Position numbers and translations under genes: made by a program. The notes beneath the pieces were generated by a model. It saw only the letters and a list, made by a program, of their open reading frames with translations. It had not been told where the DNA came from and made no database searches. Below, piece by piece: positions 45,482 to 52,761 of a stretch of 52,761 nt of DNA. The DNA is from a virus (taxonomy: Duplodnaviria; Caudoviricetes). Every line of letters starts with the position of its first letter. Positions within the stretch are counted from its first letter, which is position 1. Where the stretch lies: the IMG/VR virus record IMGVR_UViG_3300036782_000035, positions 1 through 52,761 of that record; one strand, given 5' to 3'.

Positions 45482-46039
45482 ATGACTGACGGTACCCGTG
45501 TGCCCTCCGCCGCGCCATCTGGGATGGCTTGCGCCAAGCCGACGAAGATGTTCCCGGAGGGGCGCACCGGAACGAGGAACGGCTACGCGGCGCACCAAAA
45601 GGCCGGGGACGAGCCATGCCGGCCCTGCACCGACGCGCACTCGGCGCTCTCGATTACCCGGCGTCGCGCGCTGCCGCCAGAGGAGCTGGACCGGTACCGC
45701 AAGGGGAATGCGGAGGCGTCAAGCAAGCGGCGCCGCAAAGACCCGGAAAAGATGCGCGCCCAGAAGCACCGCTACATGTCCGCGAACCTGGCCATCATCC
45801 GCGAGGCCAAGTCGGCGCCGTGCACGGACTGCGGGATTGCCTACGCCTACTACGTGATGCAGTTCGACCACCTGGACGCCGCGACCAAGGAATTCAACAT
45901 TGGCGTGATCGGTCCGACCGCTAGCCGCGAACGGCTAATCGCTGAAATCGCTAAGTGCGAGGTGGTCTGCGCTAACTGCCACGCCGAACGCACTCACCAG
46001 CGCGTCCTTCAGCGGCGAAAGGCCAGGGAGGCATCTTGA
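45482..46039 (+). CDS. HNH endonuclease inserted between portal and protease (in-frame upstream ATG at 45368)
   Basis: PCTDCG...MQFDHLD...K.FNI...EIAKCEVVCANCHAERT. Confidence 0.8.
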   Translation: MTDGTRVPSAAPSGMACAKPTKMFPEGRTGTRNGYAAHQKAGDEPCRPCTDAHSALSITRRRALPPEELDRYRKGNAEASSKRRRKDPEKMRAQKHRYMSANLAIIREAKSAPCTDCGIAYAYYVMQFDHLDAATKEFNIGVIGPTASRERLIAEIAKCEVVCANCHAERTHQRVLQRRKAREAS

Positions 46040-47499
46040 CTGGATACCCGTTCAGGGCCCGCATCCGCGCCGAGGGCACCTCTACCCGCGTCGACCTCAT
46101 GGATGACATAGGAGAGGACCCGTGGTTCGGCGGGGGCATCTCTGCGGCGGCGTTCACTGACAGCCTGTCCGGGCTGCGCGGGCCGCTCGACGTGCACATC
46201 AGCAGCCAGGGCGGCATGGTCGACCAGGGGCTCGCAATCTACAACGCGCTGGCCTCCTACAAGGGCCCAGTGACGACCTACAACGACGGGATCGCGGCCT
46301 CGATCGCGTCGGTGATCATGCAGGCGGGCTCGAAGCGGGTGGCGAGTCCAGTGTCGGTCATGATGCTGCACGACGCCTGGGGTGACCCGGGGCCCGGCAA
46401 CGCGGCCGACATGGAGGCGATGCGCGCGGCTCTGGACAAGAACTCCGACGTCATCGCGCGGGCTTACGCCGACCGGGCTGGCGGGACGGTCGCGTCATGG
46501 CGCGAGGTCATGCAGAACACGGCCTGGTACGACGCGGACGACGCGCTCAAGGCTGGGCTGATCGACGAGATCGCGGGCGGGTCGAAGCTCCCGGGCACCG
46601 TGGACCTTGACGCACTGGCCGCAGCGAAGGCCCCGACGAGGATCATGGCCGCGCTGCGCGCCGCGGCGGATGACGGCTCAGGCGACGGCGACGGCACCGG
46701 CCAGTCGTGCAAGACGTGCGGCGGCAAGGGGCGCCTGCCGCACCCTGGCACCGGCAAGAACGGGATGACCTGCCCTGGCTGCGGCGGCAGCGGCACTTAC
46801 GACCCGGCTGCGGCGCCGGACGGCGACGGCGACCCGGACGAGGGCATGGAGCTCGGCGACCGCGGCCCGGCGGTGCACGCCAAGGCGGGCGACGAGCAGC
46901 TCGGCAGCGGCTGGGTCAAGGGCGCTGACGGCAAGGTCCGGTTCGACCCGGACGGCGACGGCGACGACGACAGCACGCCTGAGGGCGATACCGACCACGA
47001 CTACTTCGACGCGGACGGCAAGCAGATCAAGCCGATCCCGCCCCGCCCGCCCGCGGCGAAGGACGAGGGCCCGGACCTGTGGGCGGTCTACCGGATGGCA
47101 GTGCGGGACGCCGGCAAGGTCGACAACAGCCCGTGGGACTCGAGCAAGGCGTGGTCGGCGGGCGCTGCATCCGATGACCCCGCTGCGTTCTACGCGGGGA
47201 TCTGCGCGGGCGAGAAGGCGGGCGACAAGTCAACGCAGGCCGCGTGGGCGCTGCCGTACAGGTACGCGCCCGGTGACCCGCCGAACGAGAAGGGCGTTGA
47301 GGCCGCTCTCGCGGCACTGAACGGCGCCCGCGGCGGCGTGCAGGGGCTCACCAATGAGGCCGAGGCGAAGAAGACGCTGCAGGCGGCGATGAAGCAGGTC
47401 AACCCGGACTGGGAGCCGGAAGACAGCACCACAGCGAGCATCTCCGCGGCTGACGCCCTGGAGCGGTACCGAGCGGCTCTGAAGGGAGCGCAAACGTGA
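46036..47499 (+). CDS. ClpP-type capsid maturation protease with C-terminal extension
   Basis: ISSQGG, DGIAASIAS (Ser), MMLHDA (His), WY....A...GLID. Confidence 0.88.
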   Translation: MTGYPFRARIRAEGTSTRVDLMDDIGEDPWFGGGISAAAFTDSLSGLRGPLDVHISSQGGMVDQGLAIYNALASYKGPVTTYNDGIAASIASVIMQAGSKRVASPVSVMMLHDAWGDPGPGNAADMEAMRAALDKNSDVIARAYADRAGGTVASWREVMQNTAWYDADDALKAGLIDEIAGGSKLPGTVDLDALAAAKAPTRIMAALRAAADDGSGDGDGTGQSCKTCGGKGRLPHPGTGKNGMTCPGCGGSGTYDPAAAPDGDGDPDEGMELGDRGPAVHAKAGDEQLGSGWVKGADGKVRFDPDGDGDDDSTPEGDTDHDYFDADGKQIKPIPPRPPAAKDEGPDLWAVYRMAVRDAGKVDNSPWDSSKAWSAGAASDDPAAFYAGICAGEKAGDKSTQAAWALPYRYAPGDPPNEKGVEAALAALNGARGGVQGLTNEAEAKKTLQAAMKQVNPDWEPEDSTTASISAADALERYRAALKGAQT

Positions 47500-48998
47500 A
47501 GGGACAGGTAGCGATCCCCGAAAGCTCCGAAGAGCTTGAGGAACTGCTGCACGACGACGGGCGGATGGGCGAGGTTGCCGGCAGCCCCGAGCTGCTGGCC
47601 GAGTTCACCCAGAAGTACCAGGGTGCGTGGAAGGCGAAGAACGCGCTGGCGATCCGCGAGATGGCGGAGAAGCAGCAGGTGGACTACCAGGACTTCATGC
47701 GCGAGCAGGCCGACAAGCACGGCGCCCGCGCACCGGAGGGCTACCAGCCCGGCGCGCCCGCGGCGTTCGGCGGGTCGAAGCGCTCGCGGGCGCTGGCGAA
47801 GTCGCGGCTGCGGAACGCGGCGGCGCAGTTCGAGAGGCACCACCTGTTCAGCCCCACCGCGATCGGCGGGGGCCTGGAGGACGCCGAGTACGCCGACAAC
47901 CTGCGGCAGTTCATCTGGGCGACGCTGAAGGGCGAGGCGGTCGCGGCGCAGAACGGCGACTCCGAGCTCGCCGGGAAGCTGCTGTCGCTCAAGGGGCAGC
48001 TGGCCAAGCAGCTGGAGATCCGCAACGCGGGCATGAGCGAGCGGATCCCGTCCGAGGGCGGCTTTTTGGTTCCGGAGACGCTGCGGTCGGAGATCTACGC
48101 GCTGATGCTGGAGGAGTCGGTGATCAGCGACCAGGCGACCACGATTCCCATGGACAGCCTGCGGGTTCCGCTGCCGACGATCGACGACACTTCGCACGCC
48201 TCGAGCGTGTTCGGCGGGGTGGCGGGCGCGTGGACGGCTGAGGGCGCGGCGATGTCGACGTCGTCGCCGACGTTCTCCCGCCTCGTGCTGATCGCCAACA
48301 AGCTGACCGCTTACACCGAGATTCCGAACGAGCTGCTGCAGGACAGCGTGTCGGCGATGGACGTGTGGTTCAACACGTTCTTCCCGCAGGCGCTCGCGTT
48401 CTTCCGTGACCTGGCGTTTATCACGGGGGACGGCGTCAACCAGCCCCTGGGGCTCGCCAACGCTCCCGGCGCGGTGAAGGTGACGGGTACCAGCTCCCAC
48501 CACATCAGGTTCGCGAACGTGGTGTCGATGTTCTCGCGGATGTGGCCGGGCTCGCTGAAGAACGCCGTGTGGCTGGCCGCGCCGGACACGCTGCCGGAGC
48601 TGGCGCAGATGGCGGTGTCCGAGGACGGCTCCGGCGGTACCACGGTTGCGCCGCCGGTGTTCCTGCCGGGCATGTCGGCGCTGAACGCGCCGGGTGAGTA
48701 CGACGGCCGCTCGTTCACGCTGATGGGCCGGCCGGGGATCGTGTCGGAGAAGGTCCCGGCGCTGGCCGGGTCGGTTCCGGGCTCGCTGATGTTCGTGGAC
48801 CTGTCCAAGTACCTCGTCGGCGACCGGCAGGCCATGCAGGTCGCATCTTCGGCCGAGTACAAGTTCGCCAACGACATGGTCGCCTACCGGGTGATCGAAA
48901 GGCTGGATGGGCGGCCTTGGGTGCAGTCGCAGATCACCCCGGCGAACGGGTCGGCCAACACCCTCTCGCCGTACGTCCTTCTCGACACCACGAGCTGA
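47496..48998 (+). CDS. Major capsid protein (HK97 fold) with N-terminal scaffold/delta region
   Basis: GGFLVPE, W.AEG, KL.A...I.NELL.DS, AFI.G.G..QP.G, R..ER.DG. Confidence 0.92.
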   Translation: MKGQVAIPESSEELEELLHDDGRMGEVAGSPELLAEFTQKYQGAWKAKNALAIREMAEKQQVDYQDFMREQADKHGARAPEGYQPGAPAAFGGSKRSRALAKSRLRNAAAQFERHHLFSPTAIGGGLEDAEYADNLRQFIWATLKGEAVAAQNGDSELAGKLLSLKGQLAKQLEIRNAGMSERIPSEGGFLVPETLRSEIYALMLEESVISDQATTIPMDSLRVPLPTIDDTSHASSVFGGVAGAWTAEGAAMSTSSPTFSRLVLIANKLTAYTEIPNELLQDSVSAMDVWFNTFFPQALAFFRDLAFITGDGVNQPLGLANAPGAVKVTGTSSHHIRFANVVSMFSRMWPGSLKNAVWLAAPDTLPELAQMAVSEDGSGGTTVAPPVFLPGMSALNAPGEYDGRSFTLMGRPGIVSEKVPALAGSVPGSLMFVDLSKYLVGDRQAMQVASSAEYKFANDMVAYRVIERLDGRPWVQSQITPANGSANTLSPYVLLDTTS

Positions 48999-49010
48999 CG
49001 AAAGGAAGCC

Positions 49011-49346
49011 ATGTCGGTCTACTCGCAGTTCCTGACTCCAGTTGACGCGGTCACTGTTAATCACACCACGTTGACGGAAGTCGGCTCCGTGGTCGATTTC
49101 GGTGTCGTCTACAGCGGCTTCACCGCCTTTGCATCCATAGACCCTTCTAGCGCAGACGACGCCACCGTCGTCGTGGACACCTCAATCGATGACGTGACCT
49201 GGCTTTCCGCGCCGAGCGCGGACGTCGGCGTTGGCGACATGGCAGTCGTGGCAGTTCCGGCCGGCCGGTACGTGCGCGTCAAGAGTTCCGTTTCTAGCGA
49301 GGGTCAATCATCCATCCTGACTGTTCAGGTCGCGGTCGAGGGCTGA
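49011..49346 (+). CDS. Hypothetical beta-rich protein, lower GC (decoration-like?)
   Basis: AAAGGAAG SD; GRYVRV motif; between the capsid paralogs. Confidence 0.55.
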   Translation: MSVYSQFLTPVDAVTVNHTTLTEVGSVVDFGVVYSGFTAFASIDPSSADDATVVVDTSIDDVTWLSAPSADVGVGDMAVVAVPAGRYVRVKSSVSSEGQSSILTVQVAVEG

Positions 49347-50482
49347 TGGACTTCCGGGACTCGCCGCACTACAGGGCGGACGCGCCGGGCGCGCGGCTGG
49401 ATGACCAGCCGTGGGCCCGGTCGTGGCCTGCCTTTTTGTCGGCCGTGTTCGACTCGCGGGACGGCTCGGCCCGGCAGTTCATCAGGAACGCGTGGACGGA
49501 AAGAATCCCGAGCGAGGGCGGCTTTTTGGTTCCGGAGTCCCTTAGGGCCTCCGTCATGGCGTACGTCACTCCGGCTGTCGTCAGGCCCCGGGCGCTGGTG
49601 CTGCCGATGGGCACTTTGCGCATGGGCATCCCCGTGCTGGACAGCTCGTCGCAGGCGGGCGGCGCGCAGTCCCTGGGCGGAATGACGTTTTCCTTCGTGC
49701 AGGACGGCGCGGCGATCCCGAGCAGCACGCCGGGCCTGGCGCGGGTGATGCTGGAGGCGCAGAAGCTTGCGGCGCTGGCAGCGATCCCGAACGAGCTGGA
49801 CTCGGACGCGGCGGGCGCGCTGGGTGACCTGTTCTCTCGGGTGGTGGCGCTGGGCTACTCCTGGTACGAGGATGACGCGTTCATCGGCGGCAACGGGGCC
49901 GGGCAGCCGCAGGGGGTGCTGAACGCCCCGTGCGCGGTCACGGTGACCCGGGCGGCCTCCGGGCTGCCGGCGGCGGCGGACCTGGCGAACATGATCAGCG
50001 CGTTCCACCCGGCGTCGCTGGCGGCGGGGTACGCGCCAGAGGTGAACGGCGTGGGCTGGCTGGTGTCGCAGTCGGTGATCACCGGCATCTTGCAGCAGTA
50101 CCTCGTTCCCGGCGGGGGCACGGCGACGAGCGGCGCGCCCGCGTCGCTCCCGGCGTGGCTGAGCCTGGGCGACGGGCGCCTGACCGCCCCGGCCATTCTC
50201 GGGCTGCCCGCGCTCATCTCCGACCACTCGCCCGCGGCGGGCTCGGCCGGCGATATCGCGCTGGTCGACTTCCGGCACTACGCGATCGGCGACCGGATGG
50301 AGCTGACGGTGGACAGGTCGGCGGCCGGCTCCGGGTTCGCCTCCGACGTGACGAACTACAGGTTCAGGGCCCGGGTTGACGGCCGGTACACGGTCATGGG
50401 CCCGATTACTCCCGAGATCGGCGCGGGAGACGACAACGCCGACCTGGTCAGCCCGGTCGTCATTCTCGGCGCGGCTTCTTAG
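49346..50482 (+). CDS. Second major-capsid-family protein
   Basis: ERIPSEGGFLVPE, KLAA...IPNEL..D, AFIGG.G.GQPQG, R.RVDG. Confidence 0.85.
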   Translation: MDFRDSPHYRADAPGARLDDQPWARSWPAFLSAVFDSRDGSARQFIRNAWTERIPSEGGFLVPESLRASVMAYVTPAVVRPRALVLPMGTLRMGIPVLDSSSQAGGAQSLGGMTFSFVQDGAAIPSSTPGLARVMLEAQKLAALAAIPNELDSDAAGALGDLFSRVVALGYSWYEDDAFIGGNGAGQPQGVLNAPCAVTVTRAASGLPAAADLANMISAFHPASLAAGYAPEVNGVGWLVSQSVITGILQQYLVPGGGTATSGAPASLPAWLSLGDGRLTAPAILGLPALISDHSPAAGSAGDIALVDFRHYAIGDRMELTVDRSAAGSGFASDVTNYRFRARVDGRYTVMGPITPEIGAGDDNADLVSPVVILGAAS

Positions 50483-50494
50483 GAGGAAAAGGAA

Positions 50495-51007
50495 ATGGCT
50501 GGTATCGAGCGGCTGGGACTGGACTTCGACGTCTCCCAGGGCTGGACCCCGCAGGACTTCCACACGGCCGGGATCACCGGCGCGTGGGTGTCGCTGAAGG
50601 CGGCGGAGGGCGTGCTGTTCGTCGTGCAGTTCAAGGCGGGCACGTCCGGTGACAACGCCACCTTGACGCTGCAGCAGGCGAAGACCGCGGCGGGCGGGTC
50701 CGCGGCGAACCTGGCGGTGATCGACCACTACTGGCTGAAGGCGAACGCGACGCCGACGAACGACCTGACCGGGGCCGAGGTGTGGACCGCGGTGACGCAG
50801 GCGGCGGCGGCGACGGTGACGGCGACGGCGGCTGATTACCAGCTGCTGGCGATCCCGGTGCTGGCGGAGAACCTTTCGGCCGGGTTCGCGTACGTGAACC
50901 TGTCGGCCGGGAGCACGGCGGCGGCGCAGATCGGGTCCTCGCTGGCGATCGTGCAGGGGCTGGCGGTGCAGCGGCTCCCGTCGAACCTGGCTGCGCTGGA
51001 CAGCTGA
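50495..51007 (+). CDS. Capsid decoration/head accessory protein
   Basis: AGGAGG SD; WVSLK, TLTLQQA and GF.YV motifs; follows the capsid genes. Confidence 0.55.
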   Translation: MAGIERLGLDFDVSQGWTPQDFHTAGITGAWVSLKAAEGVLFVVQFKAGTSGDNATLTLQQAKTAAGGSAANLAVIDHYWLKANATPTNDLTGAEVWTAVTQAAAATVTATAADYQLLAIPVLAENLSAGFAYVNLSAGSTAAAQIGSSLAIVQGLAVQRLPSNLAALDS

Positions 51008-51009
51008 CC

Positions 51010-51333
51010 GTGCGGCGGTGCGCGGCGTGCGGGGCGCAGGCGGCGCCTGGTGCGCCGCGCTGCCCGGAGTGCCCATCAACGGAGTTCACGGAAGCGGAGG
51101 CGGACGAGGTGCTGAAGATCAACCGGCTGGGCGTCGTGTCCGACTCGGCTGCCGTGCAGGCTCCTGCCGTTGCCGGGGTGGCCGTGCCTGCGGCACCGGA
51201 GGCGACGCCGGCCGAGGCTGCCGCTTCCCCGGCTGCCGAAGCGCCCGCGCCCGAGACGGCGCCCGCGCCCGTTGCCCCGCCGCCGGTTCGCACGCCGCCG
51301 CGGCGCCCGCCTAGGACGGCTGACGATGGCTAG
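51010..51333 (+). CDS. Zinc ribbon plus Pro/Ala-rich protein
   Basis: CAAC...CPEC followed by a low-complexity tail. Confidence 0.55.
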   Translation: MRRCAACGAQAAPGAPRCPECPSTEFTEAEADEVLKINRLGVVSDSAAVQAPAVAGVAVPAAPEATPAEAAASPAAEAPAPETAPAPVAPPPVRTPPRRPPRTADDG

Positions 51334-51583
51334 CCAGGCGAACGGCTGGTGGGGGCTGCACAGCGTCTTCGAGGAGAGCCGGCAGGAGTTCGACGCCTAC
51401 TGGAGCCGTCCGCCGGTGGACTGCCCGATCTGCGGTCAGCCACTGGTGAACGCGCCGAGCACGAGTTCAGGTTCGGGGGTTGAGCTGTACTGCAATTACG
51501 CCGGCGATCACTCGTTCCGGTACCCGCGTGACTTCTCGCCTGCCGTCCGGTTCGACTCGGGCGGGCAGGTGAGCCCGCTGTGA
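51326..51583 (+). CDS. Small zinc-binding head-region protein
   Basis: PPVDCPICGQPL...YC...H.FRYPRD. Confidence 0.65.
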   Translation: MASQANGWWGLHSVFEESRQEFDAYWSRPPVDCPICGQPLVNAPSTSSGSGVELYCNYAGDHSFRYPRDFSPAVRFDSGGQVSPL

Positions 51584-52452
51584 GCGCGAAGCCGGTTACC
51601 CCGACGAAGCCCGCCAAGCCCGCGGCCGCGAAGACGACCGTCAAGAAGGCGAAGACGAGCAGTAAGGCGGCCAAGACGAAGAGCAGCAAGGCGTCGCCGC
51701 CGTTGTCGGCGAAGGCGAAGGCGGCTGCGCACGTCGCGCACGTGAAGCATGAGCAGCACCTGGCGCATGAGGCGCACCTGAAGGCTGAGGGGAAGGTGGT
51801 GGCGCTCGCTATCGGTGACGCGCTGCCGGTGTGCGCGTTCGAGGCTGTGGCCGCGTCGCTACGCTTGCTCGGCGCGCGGGTGCACGGTGACGATGTCGGC
51901 GAGCTGTGGCACCTGCTGGGCGAGCCGGAGGCGGCGCCGGTTGGCGAGGCGCTAGCTGCTGCTGCCCTGTTCGGACTGGCCGGGTACCGGCCAGTCGCTA
52001 CTGCCGGAGATGACCTCGGCAGCCTCGCCTGGCATGAGGGCGACCCCTCCGAACTGGACTTTGGGCACGTCAACGGGCGTCATGAGTCGAACGACGGTGG
52101 TCTTCAGTGCCATCGCCAGTCCGGTGATTTCGTCCGCTTGGACAGAGCGTGCTTCCCGTTCGACCTTGCTCATGGTCTGCGGGTACCAGTCATCGAAGCC
52201 GAGCCAGCGCATGCGCTCGCAAGTCTCTTGCTGGGAGATGTTGAGGCGAGCGCGGGCGGCCCTGATGTTCGCAGCGAGAACACTCGAATAGTTCGTCATG
52301 AACTAGAACGTAGCACAGGGCACCTGATCCTAAGCGTGGACGTTCCCGGCCCGCACGCGGTGCTGGCGACCGCTGACGGCTGGTGGTCGTGGGGCGAGCT
52401 GTACGACCCGTGGCCGTGCCGCGTCAGCGACGCGTGGGCGGTGAGCTGGTGA
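51580..52452 (+). CDS. Lys/Ala-rich, His-repeat protein with possible Cys-His peptidase-like domain; hosts an antisense gene
   Basis: Coupled at both ends (GTGA); VCAFEA...GPHAVL...WWSWG. Confidence 0.65.
   Translation: MSAKPVTPTKPAKPAAAKTTVKKAKTSSKAAKTKSSKASPPLSAKAKAAAHVAHVKHEQHLAHEAHLKAEGKVVALAIGDALPVCAFEAVAASLRLLGARVHGDDVGELWHLLGEPEAAPVGEALAAAALFGLAGYRPVATAGDDLGSLAWHEGDPSELDFGHVNGRHESNDGGLQCHRQSGDFVRLDRACFPFDLAHGLRVPVIEAEPAHALASLLLGDVEASAGGPDVRSENTRIVRHELERSTGHLILSVDVPGPHAVLATADGWWSWGELYDPWPCRVSDAWAVSW
51952..52299 (-). CDS. XRE-family HTH protein nested antisense
   Basis: LAANIRAARARLNISQQE..ERM..LG...W..QT.SKVE...R.V...E...LA.AL; TGcTACGTT 7 nt before ATG. Confidence 0.8.
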   Translation of the reverse strand: MTNYSSVLAANIRAARARLNISQQETCERMRWLGFDDWYPQTMSKVEREARSVQADEITGLAMALKTTVVRLMTPVDVPKVQFGGVALMPGEAAEVISGSSDWPVPGQSEQGSSS

Positions 52453-52761
52453 CGATCTTCCGACCCGCCTTGTGCAACCGCTACGAGCCGATGCGCGCCC
52501 TGGACTTCCCGCCGGGCATCGACATCGTGAGCGCCGTCGACCGCGCCCTGACCGATGTGGCCGAAAATGTCGAGGGCCACCTTCACCGCGTGTTCTTCCC
52601 GTCCGATGACACCCGTTACTGGGACTGGCCGTCCCAGGGCAACAGCGGCGGCGGCCAGCTCGCGGACCCCTGGCGCCTGTGGTTCGACGAGAACGACATC
52701 GTGTGCATGACCAGCCTGATAGCCGGGGGCGTCACGCTCGGCCTGGATCAGGTGTTCCTGC
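52449..52761 (+). CDS. Head-to-tail adaptor, N-terminal part (runs off window end)
   Basis: GTG overlaps upstream TGA; HRVFFP...TRYWDWP...PWRLWFD. Confidence 0.7.
   Translation, partial: MTIFRPALCNRYEPMRALDFPPGIDIVSAVDRALTDVAENVEGHLHRVFFPSDDTRYWDWPSQGNSGGGQLADPWRLWFDENDIVCMTSLIAGGVTLGLDQVFL

Larger units (their letters stand above)
1..52761. mobile_element. Temperate actinobacteriophage genome (siphovirus-like), circularly permuted, near complete
   Basis: Full set of terminase, portal, protease, capsid, tail, tape measure, endolysin, integrase, repressor and RecE/T genes. No host genes. Both window ends lie in one gene and attP is intact. Confidence 0.95.

Noticed and set aside
48062-48068. 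C TTT TTG in the capsid genes as a slippery site
   Set aside because: Not a canonical X XXY YYZ in the reading phase; no useful extended product evident.
47190-51079. Long - strand ORFs (624 and 584 aa) over the capsid genes
   Set aside because: Arg-rich antisense shadows typical of high-GC coding DNA.

Overview
A high-GC, apparently near-complete and circularly permuted temperate siphophage (HK97-type head) of an actinobacterium. The host is probably filamentous and mycolate-free: there is no lysin B, and TraB-like and BldC-like genes are present. The window starts and ends inside the same head-to-tail adaptor gene. Order: head-tail/tail genes (1-16.4 kb), lysis (16.4-19.6 kb), a leftward plasmid/AICE-type conjugative transfer module (FtsK/TraB, DUF2637/SpdA-like, clt-like 8-bp repeats, two GntR regulators; 19.6-25.7 kb), an intact attP plus tyrosine integrase, the immunity switch, early genes (RecE/RecT, Rep-like protein with candidate origin), HNH, an inverted terminase pair, then portal, Clp protease, two major capsid paralogs and head genes. 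Top observations: (1) a phage carrying a TraB-type transfer module fused to its attP/int; (2) an antisense XRE gene nested in an uninterrupted late gene; (3) a shared structured leader upstream of two unrelated HNH inserts, with bridging ORFs keeping the late operon translated across inserts; (4) two capsid genes sharing an identical 25-bp block; (5) a probable ATC start for the tape measure gene. All calls come from reading the sequence by eye; no database searches were run.
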